Shown piece after piece: positions 49,255 through 62,258 of a DNA stretch of 64,000 bases. The DNA lies in the NCBI RefSeq assembly GCF_963921235.1, contig NC_086097.1, forward strand, positions 204,230,001 to 204,294,000, in the 5' to 3' direction. Position 1 is the stretch's first letter, and the number at the start of each line of letters is the position of its first letter. The stretch comes from Mobula hypostoma (taxonomy: Eukaryota). Both the position numbers and the translations under genes were made by a program. The notes beneath the pieces were generated by a model. It was not told the origin of the DNA. It saw nothing but the letters and a program-made list of their open reading frames with translations, and did not search any database.

Positions 49255-52200
49255 GATTTAAGAGACTTGGATGGTGCAGGGGCAGGAATGGCTACTTCAA
49301 GTGCCAGGCTTTAGAAGTTTCAGAAAGGGTAGGGAGGGAGGCAAAAGAGGTGAGGGTGTGGCACTGTTGATCAGAGATGGTGTCATGGCTGCAGAAAAGG
49401 AGGAAGTCATGGAGGGGTTGTCTACAGAGCTTCTGTGGGTGGAAGTTAGGAAAAGGAAGGGGTCAATAACTCTACTGGGTGTTTTTTTTAATAGACCACC
49501 CAATAGTAACAGGGACATTGAGGAGCAGACAGGGAGACAGATTCTGCAAAGGAGTAATAATAACAGGGTCATTGTGGTGGGAGATTTTAATTTCCCAAAT
49601 ATTGATTGGCATCTCCCTAGAGTGAGAGGTTCAGATGGGGTAGAGTTTGTTAGGTGTATTCAGGAAGTTTCTTGACACAATATGTAGATAAGCCTACAAG
49701 AGGAGAGGCTGTACTTGATCTGGTATTGGGAAATGAACCTGGTCAGGTGTCAGGCCTCTCAGTGGGAGAGCATTTTGGAGATAGTGATCACAATTCTATC
49801 TCCTTTACCATAGCATTGGAGAGGGATAGGAACAGACAAGTTAGGGAAGCATTTAATTGGAGTAAAGGGAACTATGAGGCTATCAGGCAGGAACTTGGAA
49901 GTATAAATTGGAAAAAGACATTCTCAGGGAAACGCACCGAAGAAATATGGCAAATGCTCAGGAGATATTTGTATGGGGTTCTGAGTAGGTACATTTCAAT
50001 GAGATATGGAAAGGATAGTATGGTACAAGATCCATGGTGCACAAAGGCTGTTGTAAATCTAGTCAAGAGGAAGAGCGGAGCTTATGAAAGGTTCAAAAAA
50101 CTAGGCAATGATAGAGATCTAGAAGATTATAAGGCTAGCAGGAAGGAGCTTAAGAATGAAGTTAGGAGAGCCAGAAAGGGCCATGAGAAGGCCTTGGTGA
50201 GCAGGATTAAGGAAAACCCCCAGGCATTCTACAAGTATGTGAAGAGCAAGAGGATAAGACGTGAGAGAATAGGACCAATCAAGTGTGACAATGGAACAGT
50301 GTGTATGGAACTGGAGGAAACAGCGGAGGTACTTAATAAATACTTTGCTTCAGTATTCACTATGGAAAAGGATCTTGGCGATTGTAGGGATGACTTGCAG
50401 TGACTGAAAAGATTGAGAATGTAGATATTAAGAAAGAGGATGTGCTGGAGCTTTTGGAAAGCATCAAGTTGGATAAGTCGCTGGGACCAGATGGGATGTA
50501 CCCCAGGCTACTGTGGGAAGTGAGGGAGGAGATTGCTGAGCCTCTGGCAATAATCTTTGCATCATCAATGAGGACAGGAGAGGCTCTGGAGGATTTGAGG
50601 GTTGCGGATGTTGCTCTCTTATTGAAGAAAGAGAGTAGAGATATCCCAGGAAATTATAGGCCAGTGAGTGTTACTTCATTGGTTGGTAAGTTGATGGAGA
50701 AGATCCTGAGAGGCAGGATTTATGAACATTTGAAGAGGCATAATATGATTAGGAATAGTCAGCATGGCTTTGTCGAAGACAGGTCTTGCCTTATGAGCCT
50801 GACTGAATTTTTTGAGGATGTGACTAAGCACATTGATGAAGGTAGAGCCATAGATGTAGGGTATATGGATTTTTAGCAAGGCATTCGATAAGTTAGCCCA
50901 TGCAAGGTTTATTGAGAAAGTAAGGAGGCAAGGGATCCAAGGGGATGTTGCTTTGTGGATCCAGAACTGACTTGCCCACAGAAGGCAAAGAGTGCTTGTA
51001 GACGGGTCATATTCTGCATGGAGGCCGGTGACCAGTGGTGTGCCTCAGGGATCTGTTCTGGGACCCCTACTCTTCATGATTTTTATAAATGACCTGGATG
51101 AGGAAGTGGCAGGTTGGGTTAGTAAATTTGCTGATGACACAAAGGTTGGGTGTGTTGTTGATAGTGTGGAGGGCTGTTGGAGGTTACAAAGGGACATTGA
51201 TAGGATGCAAAACTGGGCTGAGAAGTGGCAGATGGTGTTCAACCCAGATAAGTGTGAGGTGGTTCATTTTGGTAGGTCAAATATGATGGCAGAATATAGT
51301 ATTAATGGTAAGACTCTTGGCAGTGTGGAGGATCAGAGGGATCTTGGGGACCGAGTACATAGGACACTCAATGCTGCTGCGTAGGTTGACTCTGTGGTTA
51401 AGAAGGCATACGGTGCATTGGCCTTCATCAATCATGGGACTGAGTTTAAGAGCCAAGAGGTAATGTTGCTGCTATATAGGACCCTGGTCAGACCCGACTT
51501 GGAGCACTGTGTTCAATTCTGGTCGCCTCACTATAGGAAGGACGTGGAAACCACAGTCAAGTCACGTCACTTTTTATTGTCATTTCAACCATAACTGCTG
51601 GTACAGAACATAGTAAAAATGAGACAACGTTTTCTAGGTCCATGGTGCTACATGAAACAATACAAAAACTACACTGAACTACATAAGAAAAAAAAAACCA
51701 CAAAAACTACACTAGACTACAGACCTATCCAGGACTGCATAACGTGCACAAAACAGTGCAGGCACTACAATAAATAATAATAAATAATAAACAAGACAGT
51801 AGGCACAGTAGAGGGTATAGTAGGTTGGTGTCAGTCCAAGCTCTGGGTATTGAGGAGTCTGATGGCTTGGGGGAAGAAACTGTTACATAGTCTGGTCGTG
51901 AGAGCCCGAGTGTTTTGGTGCCTTTTGCCAGATGGCAGGAGGGAGAAGAGTTTATATAAGGGGTGCGTGGGGTCCTTCATAATGCTGCTTGCTTTGCGGA
52001 TGCAGCATGTGGTGTAAATGTCTGTAATGGCAGGAAGAGAGACTCCGATGATCTTCTCAGCTGGCCTCACTATCCGCTGCAGGGTCTTGCGATCCGAGAT
52101 GGTGCAATTTCTGAACCAGGCAGTGATGCAGCTGCTCAGGATGCTCTCGATACAACCTCTGTAGAATGTGGTGAGGATGGGGGGTGGGAGATGGACTTTT

Positions 52201-53135
52201 CTCAGCCTTCGCAGAAAGTAGAGACGCTGCTGGGCTTTCTTTGTTATGGAACTGGTGATGAGGGACCAGGTGAGATTCTCCATCAGGTGAACAACAAGAA
52301 ATTTGGTGCTCTTAACGATCTCTATGGAGGAGTCATCAATGTTCAGCGGAGAGTGGTAGCTCCGTGTCCTCCTGAAGTCAACAACCATCTTTTTTGTTTT
52401 GTTCACATTCAGAGACAGGTTGTTGGCTCTGCACCATTCCGTTAGCCACTGCACCTCCTCTCTGTATGCTGACTCATTGTTCTTGCTGATTAGACCCACC
52501 ACGGTCGTGTCATCGGCGAACTTGATTTTTTGGTTCGAGCTGTGTGTTGCAGCACAGTCGTGGGTCAGCAGAATGAACAGCAGTGGACTGAGCACACAGC
52601 CCTGGGGGGCCCCATGCTCAGTGTGATGGTGCACCAGAAAGGGTGCAGAGGAGATTTACAAGGATGTTGCCTGGATTGGGGAGCATGCCTTATGAGACTA
52701 GGTTGAGTGATCTCAGCCTTTTCTCCTTGGAGTGACGGAGAATGAGAGGTGACTTGATAGAGGTGTACAAGATAACGAGAGGCATTGATCATATGGATAG
52801 TCAGAGGCTTTTCCCCAGAGCTGAATTGGCTATCATGAGAGGACAGTTTTAATGCGCTTGGAAGTAGGTACAGAGGAGACGTCAGGGGTAAGTTGTTTGT
52901 TTGTTTGTTTGTTTTTTCACGTAGAGAGTGGTGAGTGCATGGAATGGGCTGCCAGTGGCAGTGGTAGATGCAGAAACGATAGGGTCTTTTACGAGACTCC
53001 TGGATGGCTACATGGAGCTTAGAAAAATAGAGGGCTATGGGTAAAGCTAGGTAGTTCTAAGGTAGGGACATATTTGGCACAGCTTTGTAGGTCAAAGGGT
53101 CTGAATTATGCTGTATGTTTTCTATGTTTCTATAT
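49255..53135 (+). mobile_element. CR1 LINE ORF2 (APE-RT to tail), nested; related to 26863-31113
   Basis: [39 protein letters not shown]; tail ttctatgtttctat at about 53120. Confidence 0.85.
51555..52632 (-). mobile_element. Young 5'-truncated Rex1/Babar-like LINE with intact 3' end
   Basis: Open ORF GAPQGCVLSPLLF..KFADDTTVVGLI..NSFFPQAIRLLN; minus-strand aataaa then a (tgac(t/g))n tail; very similar to 39553-40226. Confidence 0.9.
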
Positions 53136-53875
53136 TTAGCTATATTAGGAGAATGGGCAAAGAAATGGTAGATGAAATACAATGTTGGGAAATGTAAGGT
53201 CATGCACTTTGGTAGATGAAATGAAAGGGTTGACTATTTTCTAAATAGAGAGAAAATATGAGAAAAGAATTGAGGTAAAATTCCATAAAGTTTAATTTGC
53301 AAGTTGAGTCTGTAGTGAGGAAAGCAAATGCAATATAAGTATTCATTTATAAGAGGACTAGAATATAAAAGCACGGATGTAATGTTGAAACTTTATAAAG
53401 CACTGATGAGGCCTCACATGGAGTATTGTGAGCAGTTTTGTGCCTCTTACCCGAGAGAGGATGTGCTGACACTGGAAAAGATTCAAAGTATGTTCACAAA
53501 AAATGATTCCAGGATTGATTGGCTTGTCATATGTATAGTGTTTGATAGCTGGACCTGTATTCACTGGAATTCAGAAGAATGAAGGGTGACCTCATTGATA
53601 CTTGTCAAATGGTGAAAGGCCTCAATGGAGTGGATGTGGAGAGGATGTTTCCTATGGTGGGAGAGCCTAAGACCAGAAGACACAACCTCAGAATAGAGGG
53701 CTGTCCTTTTAGAACAGAGATGACGAGGGATTATTTTTTAAGCTGGAGAGTGGTGAATCTGTGGTATTCTTTTCTCAGGCAGCTGTGGAGGTCAAGACTT
53801 TATGTATGTTTAAGGTAGAGTTGATACAATCTTGATTGTTCAGGGTATGAAGGGATATGGGGAGAAGGCAGGAAA

Positions 53876-54895
53876 CCATAGAAACCATAGAAAAACTACA
53901 GCACAGAAACAGGCCTTTTGGCCCTTCTTGGCTGTGCCGAACCATTTTCTGCCTAGTCCCACTGACCTGCACACGGACCATATCGCTCCATACACCTCCC
54001 ATCCATGTATCTGTCCAATTTATTCTTAAATGTTAAAAAAGAACCTGCATTTACCACCTCGTCTGGCAGCTCATTCCATACTCCCACCACTCTCTGTGTG
54101 AAGAAGCCCCCCCTAATGTTCCCTTTAAACTTTTCCCCCCTCACCCTTAACCCATGTCCTCTGTTTTTTTTTTCTCCCCTTGCCTCAGTGGAAAAAGCTT
54201 GCTTGCATTCACTCTATCTATACCCATCATAATTTTATATACCTCTATCAAATCTCCCCTCATTCTTCTACGGTCCAGGGAATAAAGTCCTAACCTATTC
54301 AACCTTTCTCTGTAACTGAGTTTCTCAAGTCCCGGCAACATCCTTGTAAACCTTCTCTGTACTCTTTCAACCTTATTTATATCCTTCCTGTAATTTGGTG
54401 ACCAAAACAGAACACAATACTCCAGATTCGGCCTCACCGATGCCTTATACAACCTCATCATAACATTCCAGCTCTTATACTCAATACTTTGATTAATAAA
54501 GGCCAATATACCAAAAGCTCTTTTTACGACCCTATCTACCCGTGACACCACTTTTAGGGAATTTTGTATCTGTATTCCCAGATCCCTCTGTTCTACTGCA
54601 CTCCCCAGTGCCATACCATTAACCCTGTATGTTCTACCTTGGTTTGTCCTTCCAACGTGCAATACCTCACACTTGTCTGTATTAAACTCCATCTGCCATT
54701 TTTCAGCCCATTTTTCCAGCTGGTCCAAGTCCCTCTGCAGGCTCTGAAAACCTTCCTCACTGTCTACTACACCTCCAGTCTTTGTATCATCAGCAAATTT
54801 GCTGATCCAATTTAGCACATATCATCCAGATCATTGATGTAGATGACAAATAACAATGGACCCAGCACTGATCCCTGTGGCACACCACTAGTCAC
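53876..54895 (-). mobile_element. Young 5'-truncated CR1
   Basis: ORF 54147-54818 KFADDTK..RPNLEYC; aaccatagaaaccatagaaa tail; cagga on both flanks. Confidence 0.85.
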
Positions 54896-55099
54896 AGGAG
54901 ATTGGGGCTGGGAGGAATATTGGATCAGTCATGATAAAATGGCAGAGTAGACTCAGTGGGTCTAATGGCCCAATTCTGCTCCTATATCTTTATGGTCTTA
55001 AAACTGCCATGTCACACACTGTTGGCATAAATCTTCTGCACAGTCTTTGCCTTCAGGTTTAGTTGAAGCAAATGGGTGGCAGTGGAAAATATATCTTCT

Positions 55100-55595
55100 C
55101 CATGGTATAATTCCAGGAGTGAAAGGGTTACTGTATGAGGAACGTCTGGCAGCTCTTGGGCTGTATTCCCTGGAGTTTAGGAGAATGGCGGGGGTGGGGG
55201 GGGGTGGAGCGGAATCTCATAGAAACATTCCGAATGTTAAAATGCCTCAACAGATTAGATATGGCAAAGTTATTTCCCATGGTCGGGGATTCTAGGACAA
55301 GAGGGCACAACTTCAGGATTGAAGAATGTCCTTTTAGAACTGCGATGTGGAGAAATTACTTTAGTCAGAGGGTGGTAAATCCGTGGATTTTGTTGCCACG
55401 AGCTGCTGTTGTGGCCAAGTCATTGGGTGTATCTAAGGCAGAGATAGATAGGTTCTTGATTAGCCAGGGCATCAAAGGGTATGGGGTGAAGACAGAGTGG
55501 GGATGACTGGAAGAATTGGATCAGCCCATGATTGAATAGCTGAGCAGACTCGATGGGCTGAATGGCCTACTGCTGCTCCTATATCTTATGGTCTG
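55100..55595 (+). mobile_element. CR1 3' fragment
   Basis: GLLYEERLAALGLYSLEFRRM..TRGHNFRI..FSQRVVN; tail tcttatggtct. Confidence 0.8.
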
Positions 55596-56799
55596 GTGGA
55601 ATTGGAGGAAGTTCTAAACTGTACCTGAGCCTGGTCCTCTGCTCACTAATGAAGATGTTTCTCTTTTGCTCTTTGGAGAGACAAACAAACTGTGAATGTA
55701 TAAAGGGAGGAACATCTGACAGGCACTTAACTTCTTCCCAGGTAGACTGACCAGTAGAGCTGGATGTCACTCACCAAGTCACAGATTTCCTACTGCTGGC
55801 TTGCTGGTCCCTTACTGGGGCCACTGATCATGAGAAATGCGTTGACAGTGATTCAGGCTCTGAGCTGAGGTGTTTCTGTTCTCTTGGACTGATGAGCGGC
55901 AGGGGACCTCTGGCTTACTGAGACTCCTGGGACTTTGGCTGTCTGGGTCACAAAGGAGTGGTGTGTAGGGGTGGGGGGTGTGGGAAGAGTCTTTAATTTT
56001 AATATATTACTTTTCTCTTTCATTTAGCCTGCCCACCAGCTGTGTACATCAGAAAATTAGAAGAGCTTTGTTCATGATTTTTCATTTTTTAAAAATTCCA
56101 ATATGTAGAGCCAGTGGGTGAGCAGTAGTTTCAGAAGAACAGGCCATTTAATCACCTGAATTTAAAGAAAATACAATAATGGGAATTATTTCCATTATTT
56201 GAAATAAAAATGGATCTTGCCCACAGTATAACAGGCAGAATAACCTTGTTCATTAAACTGTGAAGTTCATGCAGCAGGCTAAAATGGACTCCAGGAGACA
56301 CATAAAGTGCCTTGATGAACCATTCAACATCACTAAAATGCTTCTGCCCAAAATGAAAATGTGTTGCCTGAGGATTTCTAGGTTGCTGTTGTACAGTATG
56401 TAATGTTCTCAGGCTGGATTTGACAATACACGAGCTTTCTGTATAGAATGACAATTTATAGTGATAATTCTTATTCTTCCTTCTCTCTTGGGAAGCAAGT
56501 TGAAATATGTCACATAAACTTGACACTTCATCCTGCTGGCTTGGGAAGGATAAAAGTAAAAATCAGTTGCCCATGAAGTTGGAAAAGCCTGCTGGGCGAT
56601 GTGCCATTAGATTGTCATCTTTAGTGCACGCGTGGGCCAGACTTGTGATCTCCTGCACATGCTGATGAGGTCAGTGATGCATGATTCACTGCAGGGGAGC
56701 ACTGCTGAATGTGTCTTGGAACTCAGGGTGGTGTTGCTGAGGGTTTTATGGGGGAGGCAGTATACAGGCCTGATTTTTGGGTAGCAAGCTGTCTTTTAG

Positions 56800-57100
56800 A
56801 ACCACAGAACCATAGAAACTACAGCACAGAAACAGGCCTTTTGGTCCTTCTTGGCTGTGCTGAACCATTTTCTGCCTAGTCCCACTGACCTGCACACGGA
56901 CCATATTCCTCCATACACCTCCCATCCATGTATCTGTCCAATTTATTCTTAAGTGTTAAAAAAGAACCCGCATTTACCACCTCGTCTGGCAGCTCATTCC
57001 ATACTCCCACCACTCTCTGTGTGAAGAAGCCCCCCCTAATGTTCCCTTTAAACTTTTCCCCCCTCACCCTTAACCCATGTCCTCTGGTTTTTTTCTCCCC
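56800..57100 (-). mobile_element. CR1 3' end, near-identical to 53880-54185
   Basis: RGEKFKGNIRGGFFTQRVVGVWNELPDEVVNAGS is present in both copies. Confidence 0.85.
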
Positions 57101-57389
57101 TTGCCCCTTGCCTTTTAGATACTTTGGTGTTTACTTCACATGAATCCAGAACCCTCATTAATTTATATACATTTATCACATCTTTTCTCAGCCCTGCCTT
57201 CTCTATGGAAACCTATTCCAGCCTCTCATCCATCCCCAAACAGTACTCACCCATCCCAGGAACTGTTCTCACAGATCTCCTCTGGACTCTCCACGTCCTT
57301 CCTATAGTGAGGTGACCAGACTGGAACACAATAATTGACCTCACTGGACAGACATCAGGGAAGTCTGCCTCATCTATGATTACCAAAAG

Positions 57390-58115
57390 ACCATAAGACA
57401 TTAGAGCAGAATTAGACCATTTGGTCTATATAGTCTACTGCACAATTTGATGACAGCTGATCCATATCCCTCTCAATCCCATTCTCCTGCCTTGGGCCTG
57501 TAACCTTTCACACAATGACTAATCAAGATCCAACCAACCTCTGCCTTAATGCACCCAAATATCTGTCTTCCACAGCCTTCGGTGGCAATGAATTTGACAA
57601 ATACATCACCCTCTGGCTAAAGAAATTTCTCTTCGCCTCCACTCTAAATGGATGTCCCTCTATTCTAGGGCTGTGTCCTCTGGTTTTAGACTCCCCCACT
57701 TTTGGACATTCTCTCCACATCCACTCTATTTATGGCTTCTGACATTCAATAGATTTCAATGAGGTCTCCTCTTATTCTGTTAAATTACAGTGAGTATAGA
57801 ACAGAGCCATCAAACACTCCTCATATGACAAGCCTTGCTTTCCCAGAATCTTTTTCATTAACATACTTTGAACTCTCTCCAATGCAGCACATCTTTTCTT
57901 AGGTAAGAGGTCCAGAACTCACAATACTCCAAGTGAGGCCTCACCAGTGCCTCATAATGCCTCAGCATTACATCCTTCAAAAATTTTCTCGTCCTCTCAA
58001 AAGGAATGCCAACATTGCATTTACCTTCCTCAACATCAACTCAACCTGCAAGTTAACCTTTAGTATACGCTGCACGAGGACTCCAAAGTACTTTTGCTCC
58101 TTGGATTTTTGAATT
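57390..58115 (-). mobile_element. Old CR1 3' part
   Basis: GESKTRGHSPRIEGHPFR..FFSQRV; accataagacat tail at about 57390. Confidence 0.7.
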
Positions 58116-58559
58116 TACAAAATGTTAAATGTTGCAATTGAAACCCCTTCCACCACTTCTACTGGCAGCTCATTTTACACACCACCCTCTGAGTGAAGAA
58201 GTTCGCCTTCAGTTTAATCTTAAATATTTCACCATCCCCCCCCCCAAACCTATGACTTTTAATTCTGTTTTCACTCTTTGTATATTCTCAGTTTTGCATA
58301 TTGTTATGTTTTGGAACTCCAGACACTAATCAATAGAAAAACACAGGGAACGGGATAAAATGTCTACATAGTTTTTCCTTTTTTTTCTAGTGAGGTGCTC
58401 ACGTGTGATGTGACTGCATTATGATGTACGCTATTCACATACTTCTTACACATAACACATAACGAATCATGTAAACAAGCAAAGAATGCTCAATCAAACA
58501 ATATATTTACAATTTTACTCAACTATTACTGAAATATTAAATACACTACATATATATCT

Positions 58560-58960
58560 ATCTAAGGTCTTCTACACTCCAAGGACTAAAGTTCTTGGCT
58601 ATGCAACCTTACCTTGTAACTCAGGTCCTGGCCTTGTAAGTTTTCTCTGCACTCCTTCAAGCTTATTTACACCTTTCCTGTAGGCAGGTGACCAAAACTG
58701 CATGCAATACTCCAAATTTGGCATTACCAATGTCTTGCATAACTTCAACACTGCATCTCAACTCCTGTACTCAGTGCTCTAATGTATGAAGCCAATGTGC
58801 AAGAGGTTCTCTTTACAACCCTATCTATCTGTAATGTTATTTTCAAGGAATTATGGATCTGTATTCCCAGATCACTTTGTTGTACAGCACACCTCAGTGC
58901 CCTGCTGTTCACTCTCTAATTTGCACCCTGATTTGTCCTGTCAAAGTGCAACACCTCACT
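58560..58960 (-). mobile_element. Old CR1 RT C-terminal fragment
   Basis: ggtgaccaaaactgcatgcaatactccaaatttggc is the reverse complement of PNLEYCMQFWSP. Confidence 0.6.
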
Positions 58961-60443
58961 CTTTTGTACCTCATCTTCTTTGCAACTTAAAACATGCTTA
59001 TCTTATTGTTTTTCCAACTCTGATAAATGGTCCTTGATCAGAACCTTGGCTCCTGGTGTGCCCCTCCACCCACTTGCCCACCGCTCTGCCAACCCCGCCC
59101 AATGCTGCCCGAACTGCTGAGCAATTTGTACATTTCTACTTTTGCTACGCATTTCCTGGATCTACAGCAATCCCTAAGCTGTATGTTAGTCTTAAGTTGT
59201 GATGTATTCTCAACAGCATATTTCAAATCTTTGGATTTTTCCTCTTTGTTTTCAGCTCAATAATTCACCACTTTTTATTTCATCTGCCCACTTCTTGTCT
59301 GCTCACTTAACCCCATGAATATCTGTTGTCCAAACATTGCAGTGGGAGTAACTGTGTTGTCTTTCCTTGTACTGATCTGATTGAAAATAATGGGTAATTG
59401 TAGGTAGCAAGGATTGCTGACATAGGTCAACCAATTCCTTAAGAGCCAAATGCAAACTGCATTGTTGTGCTTCTCATTGACACAACAGAAAGGACACACC
59501 CTTTGCAGGTCTTCTATTGCCAAATTATTACTAGGCAAAGGCTAGCTCCTCAGTGGTGAGGTCCTCATTAGCGGCAAGGCCTTGAGCAACATATCACTGT
59601 CATATTGTAAGGGTCATAATGATCTTTGCCTAAGAAATGGCTTGAAATACCTTGACAGCTTGCCAAGCCATCCCAGATGACATAGCTGAATGCCAATGCA
59701 CAATACAAAAGATATTAAAAAGTAATTTCTAAAAAATATATTAATTGCATTAATTTTACTAAAATAAAGAAATTAGAACACTTAAAAATTTAAAACATTG
59801 AACTAAAAATTAAGAAAAAAAATACCCAATGCTTATCTCAGTCTAACACAGCCATCCTTCTCTATTGAAAAGAATGGATTTTCTGTTGCTTTGCCAGGTT
59901 TAACTTGGCTCTGGTTCAGCAGGAAGACTCCCCAGCATAAGTATTGTGGAATGCAGCAGTTGAAGCAAGTTCATGCTCTGCCTGCAGACCCTATCATCAG
60001 AAAATTCCCAGCAAGTTTGATACAGCCACATTTTTAGAGAATTGTAAACTTGGTGACACTAACCCAGCGAAATACCAGGAGTTTGTCTAAGGAAGTGCAG
60101 ATATTTTGTCTCAAAGACTGCCCATTGAGGTATGGATAATCTCATTGGGTTCCAAATGGTATCTATTAACTGGAGCCCGGGGCAAGGATGTAGTAATGAA
60201 GGGCCAATGAGTGCACAAAATCTCTCCTCAACTCTCAAACACTGTTATATCGTAACAGGCAGGCAGCAATCACAGAATGTGGCCTTTCTTCTCTTTGGTT
60301 AGAGTAAACCATGAGGCATTTTGAACCATCACTGTATGAATTAATACATTCAGCCAGACTTCTGTTGCTCAAAATTTGAAGATCTTTCAGTGCATGCAGA
60401 GAAAGACGAGATACAACTGTCAAGATAACCATGTTATCTTTTC

Positions 60444-61482
60444 ATAGAAACATAGAAACATAGAAAATAGGTGCAGGAGTAGGCCATTCAACCCTTCCAC
60501 CGCCATTTATTATGATCATGGCTGATCATCCAACTCAGAACCCTGCACCAGCCTTCCCTCCATACCCCCGATCCCCGTAGCCACAAGGGCCATATCTAAC
60601 TCCCTCTTAAATATAGCCAATGAACTGGCCTCAAGTGTTTCCTGTGGCAGAGAATTCCACAGATTCACCACTCTCTGTGTGAAGAAGTTTTTCCTAATCT
60701 CAGTCCTAAAAGGCTTCCCCTTTATCCTCAAACTGTGACCCCTCGTTCTGGACTTCCCCAACATCGGGACCAATCTTCCTGCATCTAGCCTGTCCAATCC
60801 CTTTAGGATTTTATACGTTTCAATCAGATCCCCCCTCAATCTTCTAAATTCCAACAAGTACAAGCCTAGTTCATCCAGTCTTTCTTCATATGAAAGTCCT
60901 GCCATCCCAGGAATCAATCTGGTGAACCTCCTTTGTACTCCCTCTATGGCAAGGATGTCTTTCCTCAGATTAGGGGACCAAAAGTGCACACAATACTCCA
61001 GGTGTGGTCTCACCAAGGCCTTGTACAACTGCAGTAGTACCTCCCTGCTCCTGTACTGGAATCCTCTCGCTATAAATGCCAGCATACCATTCGCCTTTTT
61101 CACCGCCTGCTGTACCTGCATGCCCACTTTCAATGACTGGTGTATAATGACACCCAGGTCTCGTTTCACCTCCCCTTTTCCTAATCGGCCACCATTCAGA
61201 TAATAATCTGTTTTCCTATTTTTGCCACCAAAGTGGATAACTTTACATTTATCCACATTAAATTGCATCTGCCATGAATTTGCCCACTCACCCAACCTAT
61301 CCAAGTCACCCTGCATCCTCTTAGCATCCTCCTCACTGCTAACACTGCCACCCAGCTTCGTGTCATCCGCAAACTTGGAGATGCTGCATTTAATTCCCTC
61401 ATCCAAGTCATTAATATATATTGTAAACAACTGGGGTCCCAGCACTGAGCCTTGCGGTACCCCACTAGTCACTGCCTGCCAT
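60444..61482 (-). mobile_element. Young 5'-truncated CR1 with an open 318-aa RT C-terminal ORF
   Basis: ORF 60516-61472 [31 protein letters not shown]; (catagaaa)3 tail. Confidence 0.9.
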
Positions 61483-62070
61483 TAAGAAAGGCGCATTATA
61501 AAGGGCTTATGGAGATCCACCAAACAGATTTATAAATGGCTTCATTAGGTTTGTGTCACAGTTCACAAAAGTGTAGTGTTTCTTTTAAATATATGCTACT
61601 TGACTGAAATTACTACCATTTAATAACTAGGATATCATTACAAAATAAAATCTGATCTGAAGCAGGATAAGCTATAAGCACATTAATGAGCTATCAGTAC
61701 CTTGAGGCCTAATAAATTTATACAAGTCTCACCCAGTTCAGTTAAGTCATAAATTCTACATCCATTATCTGTCCTTAGCAGTTCCTTGCTTTACACTGTC
61801 ACTCCACATCATTTCACGCTCTGTTTCATGGACCATTTCACTAGATTGCAGATCCAGTGGTGGAAATGTCCTAAAGGAAAGCTAAATCCCTCTATGAATT
61901 AGATCCTTTGGCCCTATTAGCTTTAAATATACAACCAACATGGCCAGGAGTTACGTATGCAGAAGGAATCAGTGTAGAATTGTATTGCACTATCACCCAA
62001 GGATTAGAACAATATGCAATACTTTTTTGGATATCAGCAATTACAAGAAAAAAAAAGTTGAATTCTTTCT

Positions 62071-62225
62071 GGTGGCCCACTAGTGCAGCACAATGCTTTA
62101 CAGCAACTAGTTTTAAAGATCAGGGTCTGATTCCCACTGCTGCCCTTCTCCCTGTGAGCCTGTGGGTTTCCTCTGGGTGCTCCAGATTCCTCCCACATTC
62201 AAAAGATGTGTGCTTAGGGTTAGAG
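62071..62225 (+). mobile_element. Degenerate V-SINE (HE1-like)
   Basis: V-domain-like gtgggtttcctctgggtgctccagattcctcccacattcaaaaga, preceded by a tRNA-like B-box remnant gggtctgattccc. Confidence 0.6.
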
Positions 62226-62258
62226 AGTTCTGAGCATTAATTACCTTAAGAGTAGGTA

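Larger units (their letters stand above)
48653..55000 (+). mobile_element. Old CR1 RT to 3' end, split into about 48653-49245, 53143-53875 and 54896-55000
   Basis: NYRPVKLT..DFQKAFDKVPH..FADD; resumes at ttaggagaatgggcaaag after the nested CR1 and at ggagattgggg after the antisense CR1. Confidence 0.7.

Noticed and set aside
56152..56526. 124-aa ORF in unique sequence
   Set aside because: Non-ATG start, no recognisable domain and no convincing splice pair.
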